Positions 30,559 through 39,189 of a stretch of DNA of 64,000 nucleotides are shown one piece after another; the stretch's first letter is position 1, and every line of letters begins with the position of its first letter. Origin of the DNA: Vulcanimicrobiota bacterium (GTDB taxonomy: Bacteria; Vulcanimicrobiota; Vulcanimicrobiia; Vulcanimicrobiales; Vulcanimicrobiaceae); contig PLED01000082.1 of the NCBI GenBank assembly GCA_003136355.1, positions 6,753 to 70,752 on the forward strand, read 5' to 3'. The notes below the pieces were generated by a model. The model was not told the origin of the DNA, made no database searches, and saw nothing but the letters and a program-made list of their open reading frames with translations. A program made the translations under genes and the position numbers.

Positions 30559-31223
30559 TGGCACAACAATTGAATCTGACCATCGAGCGGCGCGACAGCG
30601 CCGGCACGACCAAAGTGCGCGCGCTCCGTAAGGACGGGAAAATTCCCGGGATCCTTTACGGGCACGGCTCCAATCCGCAGGCGATCGCCTTCGCGCGCCG
30701 CGCGCTCGACGACATTCTGCATCACGGCGCGCGCACGTCGCTGATCACGCTCACGATGGACGGCAAGCGCGTGGATACCGCGCTGCTGCGCGAGGTGCAA
30801 GTCGATCCCGTTTCGCGCCGCATCTTGCACGTCGACCTTCAACGCGTCTCCGCCGACGAAACCGTACAAGCCAAACTGCCCGTCGTCACCGTTGGAACGC
30901 CCGAGGGCGTGCGCAGCTCGGGCGGCGTCATGGACGTCGTGCTCCACGAACTCGAAGTCGAAGGCCCGGCCGACAAGCTCCCCGATCGCATCGAGATCGA
31001 CGTCAACGCGCTCGACATCCATCAGCACGTGACCGCGGGCGAAATACAGCTGCCCGAAGGTTTCAAGATGATCACGCCGGGCGACGCGACCGTCATCGCG
31101 GTCGAACCCTCGAAGACCGAGAAATTGCTGGAAGAAGCCGCCGTTGCGGTTACCGAACAAGCCGAGCCCGAGATCGTCGGCAAACCCGCCGAAGAAACGC
31201 CGGCCGAAGGAGCTTCGGAGTAA
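30558..31223 (+). CDS. rplY: 50S ribosomal protein L25 / general stress protein Ctc
   Basis: 221 aa. R...GT...R.LR..G.IPGILYG with an acidic C-terminal tail. The start overlaps the prs stop (TAATG). Confidence 0.9.
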   Translation: MAQQLNLTIERRDSAGTTKVRALRKDGKIPGILYGHGSNPQAIAFARRALDDILHHGARTSLITLTMDGKRVDTALLREVQVDPVSRRILHVDLQRVSADETVQAKLPVVTVGTPEGVRSSGGVMDVVLHELEVEGPADKLPDRIEIDVNALDIHQHVTAGEIQLPEGFKMITPGDATVIAVEPSKTEKLLEEAAVAVTEQAEPEIVGKPAEETPAEGASE

Positions 31224-31813
31224 AACTCGTCGCCGGACTGGGCAATCCCGGCAAAGAGTACGCGCAGACCCGGCACAACGTCGGATTCATGGTCGCCGAC
31301 GAATTCGCGCGGCGGCTCGGTATCGATCGCTGGAAAGTCAAAGACGGCGCGCGGCAAGCCTACGATTCCGCGCGCGGCTTAGTGATCGTGGAACCGCAAA
31401 CGTTTATGAACAACAGCGGCGTACCGGTCAGACTGATCGCGTCGTGGTATAAAGTGCCGCCCGAGGGGTTGCTGGTCGTCTACGACGACATGGACATCCC
31501 GTTTGGCAAACTGCGCCTGCGCGCGTTCGGCGGACACGGCGGTCACAACGGCTTGCGTTCGTTGATCGCGACCATGGACGAGCAGTTCGCGCGCCTACGC
31601 GTCGGAGTCGGCCGCCCCGATTCCGACAGCATCGATCACGTGCTCGCGCCGTTCACGTCCGAAGAGCGCGCGGCGCTCCCGGGCATCGTGTCGGCGGCGA
31701 CCGACGGCGTCGCCTGCTGGTTCGATCGCGGCATCGAAGCGGCGATGCAGTTCGCGAACACGTGGGAGTCGCCCGAAACGCCGGACTACCAGCAGACCGA
31801 AGGGCGCCCCTGA
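31220..31813 (+). CDS. pth: peptidyl-tRNA hydrolase (no canonical start codon at the conserved N-terminus)
   Basis: The frame reads (GTA)KLVAGLGNPGKEYAQTRHNVGFMVADEF.. . The conserved GLGNPG and catalytic-His region (TRHNVGF) lie upstream of the first ATG (31289) used by the track. Confidence 0.8.
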   Translation, partial: VKLVAGLGNPGKEYAQTRHNVGFMVADEFARRLGIDRWKVKDGARQAYDSARGLVIVEPQTFMNNSGVPVRLIASWYKVPPEGLLVVYDDMDIPFGKLRLRAFGGHGGHNGLRSLIATMDEQFARLRVGVGRPDSDSIDHVLAPFTSEERAALPGIVSAATDGVACWFDRGIEAAMQFANTWESPETPDYQQTEGRP

Positions 31814-32973
31814 AGAATCGGAATGCGTTGTCCCGCCGGCGCGCGCGTTGCGAAGTACCAGTATCCTAAAGGGTGGGGACACACCGGCTGCAGCGCTTGA
31901 TCGGCGCCGCGCACCGCGCCGCGGATCGCGCTGACGCGATCGCCGGTTACCGTGAGCGCGTACTGGTCGGCAGCCATATCGAGGTTGCGTTCGTAGCCGT
32001 TAAAAAACGGTAGGGCGACCAAATAGACGCACCCGAGCAGCGCTCCCACGAGCGCGAGGCGCGAAACCGGATCGTCGTCGCGCCGGAATCCGATCCGGTC
32101 GGCCAAGAAGACTGCCAGCGCCGATCCGACGACCAGCATGGCTCCCAAGATCAGCGCCAAGTGGAGCGCGCTGTTGGCGGCAACCCATCCAAACGATCGC
32201 GCGATCGTAAATCGCAGCTCGGGTCGGGTCGCGCCGGCGACGGCGGTATCGGATATGACCACGCGCTGCGAGCCGCCCCAGCCCAAGACATACGACGACC
32301 CTGCGTGCGTTCGCCGCGAAACGATCTCTTCGACAACCGGCACGGTGACGTTTCCGGCACGGGCGCGGAGCGCCGGAAGATCGCTCTGCAGCGCGCCCGG
32401 CGGCAAGTCGCGATAGCTCGAGAACACCGGCGCGAGCGCAAACGGCTGGATATACGTCAACAACAGCGTCAGTCCGATAATGCCGGCCGTGGTGTACGCG
32501 TACCATTGATGCGTGCGATCCACCAGCCCGAGCACGATGGACGCCAGCAGTCCCGCCGCAACCATCGCGATGATCGTGGACAACAGCCAACTGCCGAACC
32601 AGTAGCGCGTCAACACGTCGCTCAGACCCATGATCCATGACATGCGGTACTGGAAAAACATCGGAATGAAAGCCGCCGCGCGATCGATCATCGCCAGCAG
32701 CGCGCCGAACCAAAAGCGCACCCAGAATTCGGAGCCGATCCGCGCGCGCAATCGATCGCGCAGCCGCGCGGATCGTCCCGAGCTCCAGAACCATGCCAAT
32801 ACGGCGATCTGCACGGCGATGGTCACAAACCAGACCGGAATGGTAAATTGTTCGAAATGCTGCGCGGCGGCGGCGCGGGCCGGATCGACCAGGAAAAAAG
32901 GCGACTGCGTCAGCAGCGCGTGCGCCGGAATCGCGTTGACGACGTGGTCGAGCGCGTTGGGCCGTCCGATCAC
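31786..32973 (-). CDS. M48/Ste24-like integral membrane protein lacking the HEXXH motif
   Basis: The GTG overlaps the thyX stop (GTGA). Multi-TM N-terminal half, then SSYVLGWGGSQRVVISDTAV..ELRFTIARSFGW.. where M48 peptidases carry ..NA.F.G....RIVL.DTL...E..AVLAHELGH. Confidence 0.6.
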   Translation of the reverse strand: MIGRPNALDHVVNAIPAHALLTQSPFFLVDPARAAAAQHFEQFTIPVWFVTIAVQIAVLAWFWSSGRSARLRDRLRARIGSEFWVRFWFGALLAMIDRAAAFIPMFFQYRMSWIMGLSDVLTRYWFGSWLLSTIIAMVAAGLLASIVLGLVDRTHQWYAYTTAGIIGLTLLLTYIQPFALAPVFSSYRDLPPGALQSDLPALRARAGNVTVPVVEEIVSRRTHAGSSYVLGWGGSQRVVISDTAVAGATRPELRFTIARSFGWVAANSALHLALILGAMLVVGSALAVFLADRIGFRRDDDPVSRLALVGALLGCVYLVALPFFNGYERNLDMAADQYALTVTGDRVSAIRGAVRGADQALQPVCPHPLGYWYFATRAPAGQRIPILQGRPSVCW

Positions 32974-33611
32974 GTGTGCGCGGGCGCGCGCTCCCAGCCC
33001 AGCGCTTGCGCGACGACAGGCAGCTGATCGACGAAGATCCGGCGGCATTCCTCGGCGATCTCGCGATGCTCTAACTGCGTGGACGGATCGGTCCGCAAAT
33101 TGATGTAGTGGATCCAGTCGCGGACGGTGCCCTTCATGTAAATGGTCGTCGCCGATGCGAGCGGCAACAAGAAGCGCGCCGACTCCTTGGCGATGCCTTT
33201 GGCCAGAGCTTCTTCATACAGGCGGAAAGCTTGTTCGAAATGCTCGTCTTGCGCGCGCTCGAACCAGCCGAGCGTGTCGGGCGAAAGGTCGTCGTGCGAC
33301 GATTGCCGGTTCTTCGGATCTTGCCGCCGCGGATTCACGCGTTCGATCTTCTGCAGCTCGGCATATCTCAGACTGAACTCTTGAAAATGCATCGACCGAT
33401 GGCGGATGATCTGCGCGCTGATGCTGCGCGTCGTCTGAATCTCGATGCACAGATCGGCCATTTCGAAAACCGACCAGTGGCCGTTCTTGATGCAGTACCG
33501 CAGCAGCCCGGCGACGTCGGGATTGTCTTGGTTGGCGGGATTGCTCACGCGCGCACAATAGCCCATCAAACGCTCGGCGTCAGGCGTAATCCAAACGAGT
33601 CTGCACCGCAT
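32970..33611 (-). CDS. thyX: FAD-dependent thymidylate synthase
   Basis: The ATG at codon 137 of ORF 32970..34019 gives MRCRLVWITPDAERL... . ThyX signature RHRSMHFQEFSLRY (RHR-x7-S-x-R). Confidence 0.9.
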   Translation of the reverse strand: MRCRLVWITPDAERLMGYCARVSNPANQDNPDVAGLLRYCIKNGHWSVFEMADLCIEIQTTRSISAQIIRHRSMHFQEFSLRYAELQKIERVNPRRQDPKNRQSSHDDLSPDTLGWFERAQDEHFEQAFRLYEEALAKGIAKESARFLLPLASATTIYMKGTVRDWIHYINLRTDPSTQLEHREIAEECRRIFVDQLPVVAQALGWERAPAHT

Positions 33612-33648
33612 GCCTTCCAGGGTTCGCGCTGCCGGGGCTCTTTGCTTT

Positions 33649-34677
33649 TCAGCGATGCACGGTGAAACCGCCGCGCCCGTCCGGAAACGCGACGCGGTCT
33701 CTTCCTGAGCGTTTGCTGTGATACATGGCCGCGTCGGCAGCTTCGAAGAGTTCGCTCGCCGCTGCAGCGTCGTACGGAAATGCGGCGACGCCCACACTGG
33801 CCGTAACCGGCAGGCCGACGCCGAAATCGCAGCCGCGCACGGCGTCGCAAAAGAGTTGCGCGCGCGCGATCGCGCCGCTTTTGTGTTCGTCGCGCAGAAC
33901 GGCGCAGAATTCGTCACCGCCGTTACGCGCCCCCAAATCAACCGCCGGCCGCAGTTGCTCGCGCAAAATGCTCGCCAATCTCTGCAGCACTCTATCGCCG
34001 GCAGCGTGTCCGCGCGCATCGTTCACGCCTTTGAAACCGTCGGTGTCGATGAACCACAGGGCCAGCGTAACGCTGCGTCCGATCGCAGCGCCGCGCAGCT
34101 CCTCTTGCAGCGTGTCGCGAAACGCGCGCGCGGTGAACAGACCCGTCAGCGCATCGTAGGTCGCGCTCGCGCGATCGGCTTGCCGATCGCGCGCGATGGT
34201 ATAGGGCACGGCGGCGTGCGTGGCGGCGCGGATAAGCGCATCTCGCGCGCAGATCGAGCCGCGCGCCGAGGCCGCGTAGGTCACGGCGCAGAGTGCGCTC
34301 CCCACATACATGGGAATGGCGAGCGCCGCGCGATCCGTAGGGATGACCGGTTGAGCGCCGCGCTCGAGCGTCATGTGGTGTCCGGCAACGGCGGCACGCG
34401 CCGGCAGCGAGTTCCCCTCCAGCCGTAATCGCAGATCGCGAAAATACTCGACCCGTTCGCCGCCCGCAAACGCGCATGCCAATTCTTCCCCTTCCGGCCG
34501 GAAAACGAGAACGGCATCGATCGCCGGATCCACTACCGCGAGCGCGGCGGCGAGCGTCTGCAGGACCGTTGCGGCCGAATCGCGCGAAGCCGCGGTGAGC
34601 GCGCTCACCGCTTCGAGCAGCGCCCGCTCGGAGTGGAGCGCCTCGCGGCAGCGCCCATGCAGCGACGGCACCTTCAT
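33649..34677 (-). CDS. GAF-like sensor / GGDEF diguanylate cyclase
   Basis: An internal ATG (codon 126) avoids overlap with the divergent regulator gene. D.F.GVND..GH..GD..L .. RNGGDEF .. SVG.. C-terminal domain. Confidence 0.85.
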   Translation of the reverse strand: MKVPSLHGRCREALHSERALLEAVSALTAASRDSAATVLQTLAAALAVVDPAIDAVLVFRPEGEELACAFAGGERVEYFRDLRLRLEGNSLPARAAVAGHHMTLERGAQPVIPTDRAALAIPMYVGSALCAVTYAASARGSICARDALIRAATHAAVPYTIARDRQADRASATYDALTGLFTARAFRDTLQEELRGAAIGRSVTLALWFIDTDGFKGVNDARGHAAGDRVLQRLASILREQLRPAVDLGARNGGDEFCAVLRDEHKSGAIARAQLFCDAVRGCDFGVGLPVTASVGVAAFPYDAAAASELFEAADAAMYHSKRSGRDRVAFPDGRGGFTVHR

Positions 34678-34711
34678 ATGATGGGCAAGTGCCCGCGTCG
34701 AAGCGCTCGCT

Positions 34712-37279
34712 GTGCACACACCGCGGTTCATGCGCGCCCGCGTCAACGACCGGCTCACGCGCGCGGCCCGCTTTCCCGTGACGCTGCTGGCGGCGCCCGC
34801 CGGCTTCGGTAAAAGCGTGGCGCTGCGAGACTTCATAGAAAGCTCGCAGTTGGACGCCGCCGTTCTGGAGCTGCGCCGCGAAGATTCGGCGCTGCTCGAT
34901 TTCGTGCGCCTCTTGAGCGAAGCGATCGCGCCCGCGGCTCCTACCGCGGCGGCCGCTTTCCCCGCACTCGCGGAACGCGTCATGGCCGCGTCACAGCCCG
35001 TGCGCGAAATTTCCGACTGGTTCGTGGAGCACACGAAACAGGCATCGTGCACGATCGTGATCGACGATCTGCATCACGCCACCGACGTCGCATCGGTGGC
35101 ATTTTTGGCCGACGTGATCGAACGCACGAGCGAGCGCATCTCGTGGATCATTGCCGCCCGGACAGACATGGGGCTGCCGGTAGCAACATGGGTCGCCTAC
35201 GGACGAATGGATTTTCCGGTCGGTGAAGACGATCTGCGATTTACGCCCGAAGAGGCGCTGGCGGCAGCGGGTGATGCCGAAGATGCCGCCCGGCCGCAGG
35301 AAGTCGAATCGTTGCGCGCGCTAACCGGCGGATGGGCGGTGGCGCTGAACATTGCGCTACGAACGCGCACGCGCGTGAGCGATCTCGCAACGGCCGCCAG
35401 CGGTACGCGCGAGATCGTCTACCGTTATCTCGCCGAACAAATTTTGGCGAGTCTGCCGGACGACCAGCGCACATTCTTGCTGGCAAGTTCGGTCTTTTCG
35501 TCGTTCGACGGCGAGATCGTCGAACGGCTGGGCGCGCGCGAGCTCTTTGCCGGCGTTCGCCGCAGCGTCACGTTCCTCACCGAAATCTCGCCCGGCGAAT
35601 TTCGCTATCACGATCTGTTCCGGGAGTTTCTGGAAAGCGAGCTGCTGCGCACCGGGCGTACCGCGTGGGTGCAGGCCATCGGCGAAGGTGCGCGCATGCT
35701 CGAAGCGCGCGGCGACGAACGCGCCGCGCTACTGCTCTACGCGCGCGCTTCCGATGCAGCGGCGATCGTGAGGATTCTCGAACGTTCGGGGTTGGCGCTG
35801 TTCGAACGCGGCGAGGGTGCGACGCTGCGCACGGCCATCGAGTCGCTTCCGCAAGCGCAGACGCGCGGAAGTGCCATGGTGCAAGCGCTGCGCGCGATGC
35901 TCGAAGCGGCGCGCGGCCACTTCGAAACGGCGGAGCCCGCATTTCTAGCGGCGATCGCCGACTCACAAGATCCGGCCGTGCGTCTCAACCTCATCCACCG
36001 GTATGCGGTCGAGTTGGTGCGTCAAGGCCGCGACTGCATCGCGCTGCTCGAGCCTGTCGCACTCGACAAATCCGTGCCCAGACAAGCGCAGCTTCCGATC
36101 TTGGGGACGCTGGCGACGGCGTATGCGGGCGCCGGATCCTTCGACCGCGCCGAAGATACGATCGAGCGGGCGTTAAAACTCGTCGACGCGCAAACGTCCG
36201 ACGAGACGCGCGCGCGCTTGCTGCAGCAAGCGTCGTACATCTATCAGTTCACACACCCCGACCGCGCCAGAAAGTATGCGGGTCTCGCGATCGAGCTTGC
36301 GGTCGCGCGCAACTTGTACGACGTCGCCGCGCGCGCCGCCAGCGTACAGTATGCGATCCTCTATAATGAAACGACCGATCCGATCGGATTGCTCGGCATT
36401 CTCGACAAACTCGGCGAGTATGCGCGCAAAGGCGGCAGCGAGCAAACCCGGCTCTACGGACTGATCGCCTCCTACGACCTGCAAGTCGAACGCGGCGAAG
36501 AATCCGCGCTCGAACAGCTCGACCGCGAACTCGCGCAAAGTCAAGCCGCGCTTCCGCTCGCAAGCAACGAGATGCTCGTCCCGGCACGGGCGCTGCGCGA
36601 AACGTGGTCGGGAAATTTCCGCGGCGCGTTCGCGTTGGTTCGCGAGAATCCGCACGTCCAGCGCAACGACGAGTTGCGCGCGGTCGCGGCATCCGTAGCG
36701 GCGCTCTGCGCGTTCGCCGCCGGCATGCCGGACGAAGGCGATGCGTTCGCGCACGAAGCCAACGAAGCGCTGCAGCGCATCAGCGGATCGAATATGCAGA
36801 CGATTCGCGCGCGGCTGTTTCTCGCGCTGGCGGAGATGCAGCGCGGGCGCGATCAAGAAGCGCACCGCCATCTGTCGGCCGCCGAGAAAGCCGCCGCGCC
36901 GTCGATGGCGCAGCTTCGCGCATTCGCGCACGCCGTGCGCGTGGCGTACCGGGTCCGGCTCGCGCAGTCCGACGATGGATCATGGCCGGCCGCGCTCGAG
37001 CGTCTGCGTGCCGCGCACTTTGGCGGAATCGCGCGCATGCTGGCCGCTTTGCCCGCGAGCGGACCGGCCGCCGAAGGGTACAGTTCTCTCACGCCGGCGG
37101 AACGCGAGATACTGCAGCTGCTCGCGCTGGGCGGAAGCAGCAAGGACGTGGCCGCAAGAACGGGCCGCAGCCCACAGACCGTCGACACCCATATCCGGTC
37201 CATTTGCCGGAAGTTGGGGTGCAGCGGCCGCCGCGAGGCGGTCGCGTTAGCAACAAGCAGCGGCTGGGTAGAAACCTAG
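34712..37279 (+). CDS. LuxR-family (LAL/MalT-like) STAND ATPase transcriptional regulator
   Basis: 855 aa. Walker A APAGFGKS, a long helical/TPR-like middle, and a C-terminal LuxR HTH (LTPAEREILQLLALGGSSKDVAARTGRSPQTVDTHIRSICRKLG). Confidence 0.85.
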   Translation: MHTPRFMRARVNDRLTRAARFPVTLLAAPAGFGKSVALRDFIESSQLDAAVLELRREDSALLDFVRLLSEAIAPAAPTAAAAFPALAERVMAASQPVREISDWFVEHTKQASCTIVIDDLHHATDVASVAFLADVIERTSERISWIIAARTDMGLPVATWVAYGRMDFPVGEDDLRFTPEEALAAAGDAEDAARPQEVESLRALTGGWAVALNIALRTRTRVSDLATAASGTREIVYRYLAEQILASLPDDQRTFLLASSVFSSFDGEIVERLGARELFAGVRRSVTFLTEISPGEFRYHDLFREFLESELLRTGRTAWVQAIGEGARMLEARGDERAALLLYARASDAAAIVRILERSGLALFERGEGATLRTAIESLPQAQTRGSAMVQALRAMLEAARGHFETAEPAFLAAIADSQDPAVRLNLIHRYAVELVRQGRDCIALLEPVALDKSVPRQAQLPILGTLATAYAGAGSFDRAEDTIERALKLVDAQTSDETRARLLQQASYIYQFTHPDRARKYAGLAIELAVARNLYDVAARAASVQYAILYNETTDPIGLLGILDKLGEYARKGGSEQTRLYGLIASYDLQVERGEESALEQLDRELAQSQAALPLASNEMLVPARALRETWSGNFRGAFALVRENPHVQRNDELRAVAASVAALCAFAAGMPDEGDAFAHEANEALQRISGSNMQTIRARLFLALAEMQRGRDQEAHRHLSAAEKAAAPSMAQLRAFAHAVRVAYRVRLAQSDDGSWPAALERLRAAHFGGIARMLAALPASGPAAEGYSSLTPAEREILQLLALGGSSKDVAARTGRSPQTVDTHIRSICRKLGCSGRREAVALATSSGWVET

Positions 37280-37304
37280 CCGACCGGGCACACGGAGTCT
37301 TTGC

Positions 37305-38576
37305 TTGCGCATACGTCTTTTTTGTTTTCTGACTTTCGCGGCGGTCTTGGCGGGATGCGCCGGTTCTTCACGTGCGCTCATACCCGCCGCACCCCAGAGT
37401 GCGGCCGCCCCCGGGATGACCAATTCGCCCAACCTGCTCTCGGACGGCACCGCAACCACCGCCGGAAACGGCGCGACGGGTCTCCCGGGCGGGAACGGCG
37501 CCACGGGCCTTCCGGGCGGAAACGGCGCGACGGGTCTTCCGGGCGGAAACGGCGCCACGGGGCTTCCGGGCGCCTTATTGGCGTGCTCGCCTGTAGCGAT
37601 TTCAGGGCAAGCGTCATGCACGATTGCGGTCAACATCAACATCCCGCCGTTGAGCGATCTCGGCACTCCGTCGTCGCTGCTTCCTGGGCTCCACCCCGGC
37701 GATCTGCAGAACGCGTATAACCTTCCGTCCGCGCGGTCCGGCGGTACGGTGGCGATCGTCGATGCTTATGACGATCCGCTGGCCGAAACGGATCTCGCCA
37801 TTTACCGCACCGCGTACGGCCTGCCCGGATGCCGCACGTCGAACGGCTGCTTCCGCAAACTCAATCAGCAGGGCGCAGCCGGATCGTACCCCCCGGCCAA
37901 CGGCGCATGGGGCGAAGAGATTTCGCTCGACCTCGACGTCGTGTCGGCAGCATGTCCGAAATGTTCGATCGTGCTCGTCGAGGCAAACTCGGCGCAGATC
38001 GAGGACCTCGGCGCAGCCGTAGACACCGCAGCTTCGCTGGGCGTTTCGGCGATCAGCAACAGTTATTACGCGGCCGAATGGTCGGGAGAAAACACCGAGG
38101 ACGTGCACTACCGTCACCCCGGCACTGCGATCACGGCAAGCTCGGGCGATCAAGCCGCGCCATTTTATCCGGCCGCCTCGCAGTACGTCACCGCCGTCGG
38201 CGGCACGACGCTTTCGGGCAGCGACGGCGCGTGGCACGAATCGCCGTGGGCGTACGGCGGCCAAGGCTGCTCCGCGTACATCGCCCGCCCGTCGTGGCAA
38301 AAAAATATCTGTAAGTCGCGCGCCACGGTCGACATGGCGGCGGTCGCCGATCCGCAAACCGGCGTCTCCATGTACGATTCGCTCGCCGGCGGCTGGCTGG
38401 TCGCGGGCGGCACGAGCATCGGCGCTCCGCTCATCGCTTCGGCTTACGCGCTCTCCGGCAATCCCGCCGGCCCGGCGTATTCCTACGCACACCGGGATCA
38501 GTTCAACGATGTCTCGCCGTCGGGATTCGATCTCGCGACGGGCCTCGGCTCTCCCAACGGCGTCGGCGGCTTCTAA
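37305..38576 (+). CDS. sedolisin (S53) family peptidase lipoprotein with a collagen-like repeat and no obvious prodomain
   Basis: Lipobox FAAVLAGC. AIVDAYD, GEEISLDLDVV (E..LD) and GGTSIGAPLIA (the SGTS-type nucleophile). Confidence 0.75.
   Translation: MRIRLFCFLTFAAVLAGCAGSSRALIPAAPQSAAAPGMTNSPNLLSDGTATTAGNGATGLPGGNGATGLPGGNGATGLPGGNGATGLPGALLACSPVAISGQASCTIAVNINIPPLSDLGTPSSLLPGLHPGDLQNAYNLPSARSGGTVAIVDAYDDPLAETDLAIYRTAYGLPGCRTSNGCFRKLNQQGAAGSYPPANGAWGEEISLDLDVVSAACPKCSIVLVEANSAQIEDLGAAVDTAASLGVSAISNSYYAAEWSGENTEDVHYRHPGTAITASSGDQAAPFYPAASQYVTAVGGTTLSGSDGAWHESPWAYGGQGCSAYIARPSWQKNICKSRATVDMAAVADPQTGVSMYDSLAGGWLVAGGTSIGAPLIASAYALSGNPAGPAYSYAHRDQFNDVSPSGFDLATGLGSPNGVGGF
37464..37571 (+). repeat. 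4 x 27-bp tandem repeat encoding GNGATGLPG x4 (Gly at every third residue)
   Basis: GGAAACGGCGCGACGGGTCTCCCGGGC and three near-identical units, in frame with the CDS. Confidence 0.9.
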
Positions 38577-38582
38577 CTCTTA

Positions 38583-38782
38583 GAGCGAAGATAGCCGCGT
38601 CCCGATACGCGAGCTGCCGAGTCCCATTTCGCTTGGCCACGCGCTCGCTGCGGCATCCGGCCTCAGCTCACCCTGCTGACTGCAGACCGCTCCCGCCATC
38701 CGTGGCTCCGCGGTTGCAGTCAGACGACCTGCGCCGAAACGGGACTCGGCAGCTCGCGGTCCTGGCCGGGTCATCTTCGCTC
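38583..38782. repeat. roughly 200-nt imperfect palindrome (three-segment long hairpin)
   Basis: The outer segment GAGCGAAGAT (38583-92) pairs with ATCTTCGCTC (38773-82). The middle segment 38608-38631 pairs with 38735-38758 (24 bp, 1 mismatch, core CGCGAGCTGCCGAGTCCC). The inner segment 38676-38690 pairs with 38710-38723. Confidence 0.8.
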
Positions 38783-38787
38783 GACTT

Positions 38788-39087
38788 TTAAGCTGCTTTA
38801 GGAACGAGCAGCTCGACTGCGTCGTAGACTCGGAACAGCCCGTCGAAGCCCGCCAGCGACAACAGCTTGCGCACGAAAGCCGAGTTCACCAGAATAACGG
38901 CGGGTTCGAGCATCTTCGCGGCGCGGTAAGCGCGCAGTTCGAGCAGCGCCGCAAGCAGCGTGTCGGTAACGTGACGCGCGCCGGACAGATTGATCACGAT
39001 GTGCTCCGCCGTGTAGGCCGGCTCGAGGCTGGAATGGAGTTGATCGAGTTTGTACGAGTCCCACTCGCCCGGTACTGAAATCATCAT
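38788..39087 (-). CDS. STAS-domain protein (anti-sigma-factor antagonist-like)
   Basis: An internal ATG gives MMISVPGEWDSYKLDQLHSSLEP...VINLSGARHVTDTLLAALLEL...LVNSAFVRKLLSLAGFDGLFRVYD. Confidence 0.65.
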   Translation of the reverse strand: MMISVPGEWDSYKLDQLHSSLEPAYTAEHIVINLSGARHVTDTLLAALLELRAYRAAKMLEPAVILVNSAFVRKLLSLAGFDGLFRVYDAVELLVPKAA

Positions 39088-39189
39088 GGCCCGAGGATAG
39101 GGCACTCCGCCCCGCGGGCGCTCTACCCTATTTTCGGTATATGAGCGCCGCCTTGCGACTCCTAGCCTGATGGTAAGGAGGAGCAATCC

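Noticed and set aside
33612-34019. The N-terminal extension of ORF 32970..34019, and the first 125 codons of ORF 33649..35052
   Set aside because: The thyX homology starts at the internal ATG 33611. The upstream part overlaps the GGDEF gene in another frame. The GGDEF ORF extension overlaps the divergent LuxR gene, so the internal ATG 34677 was used.
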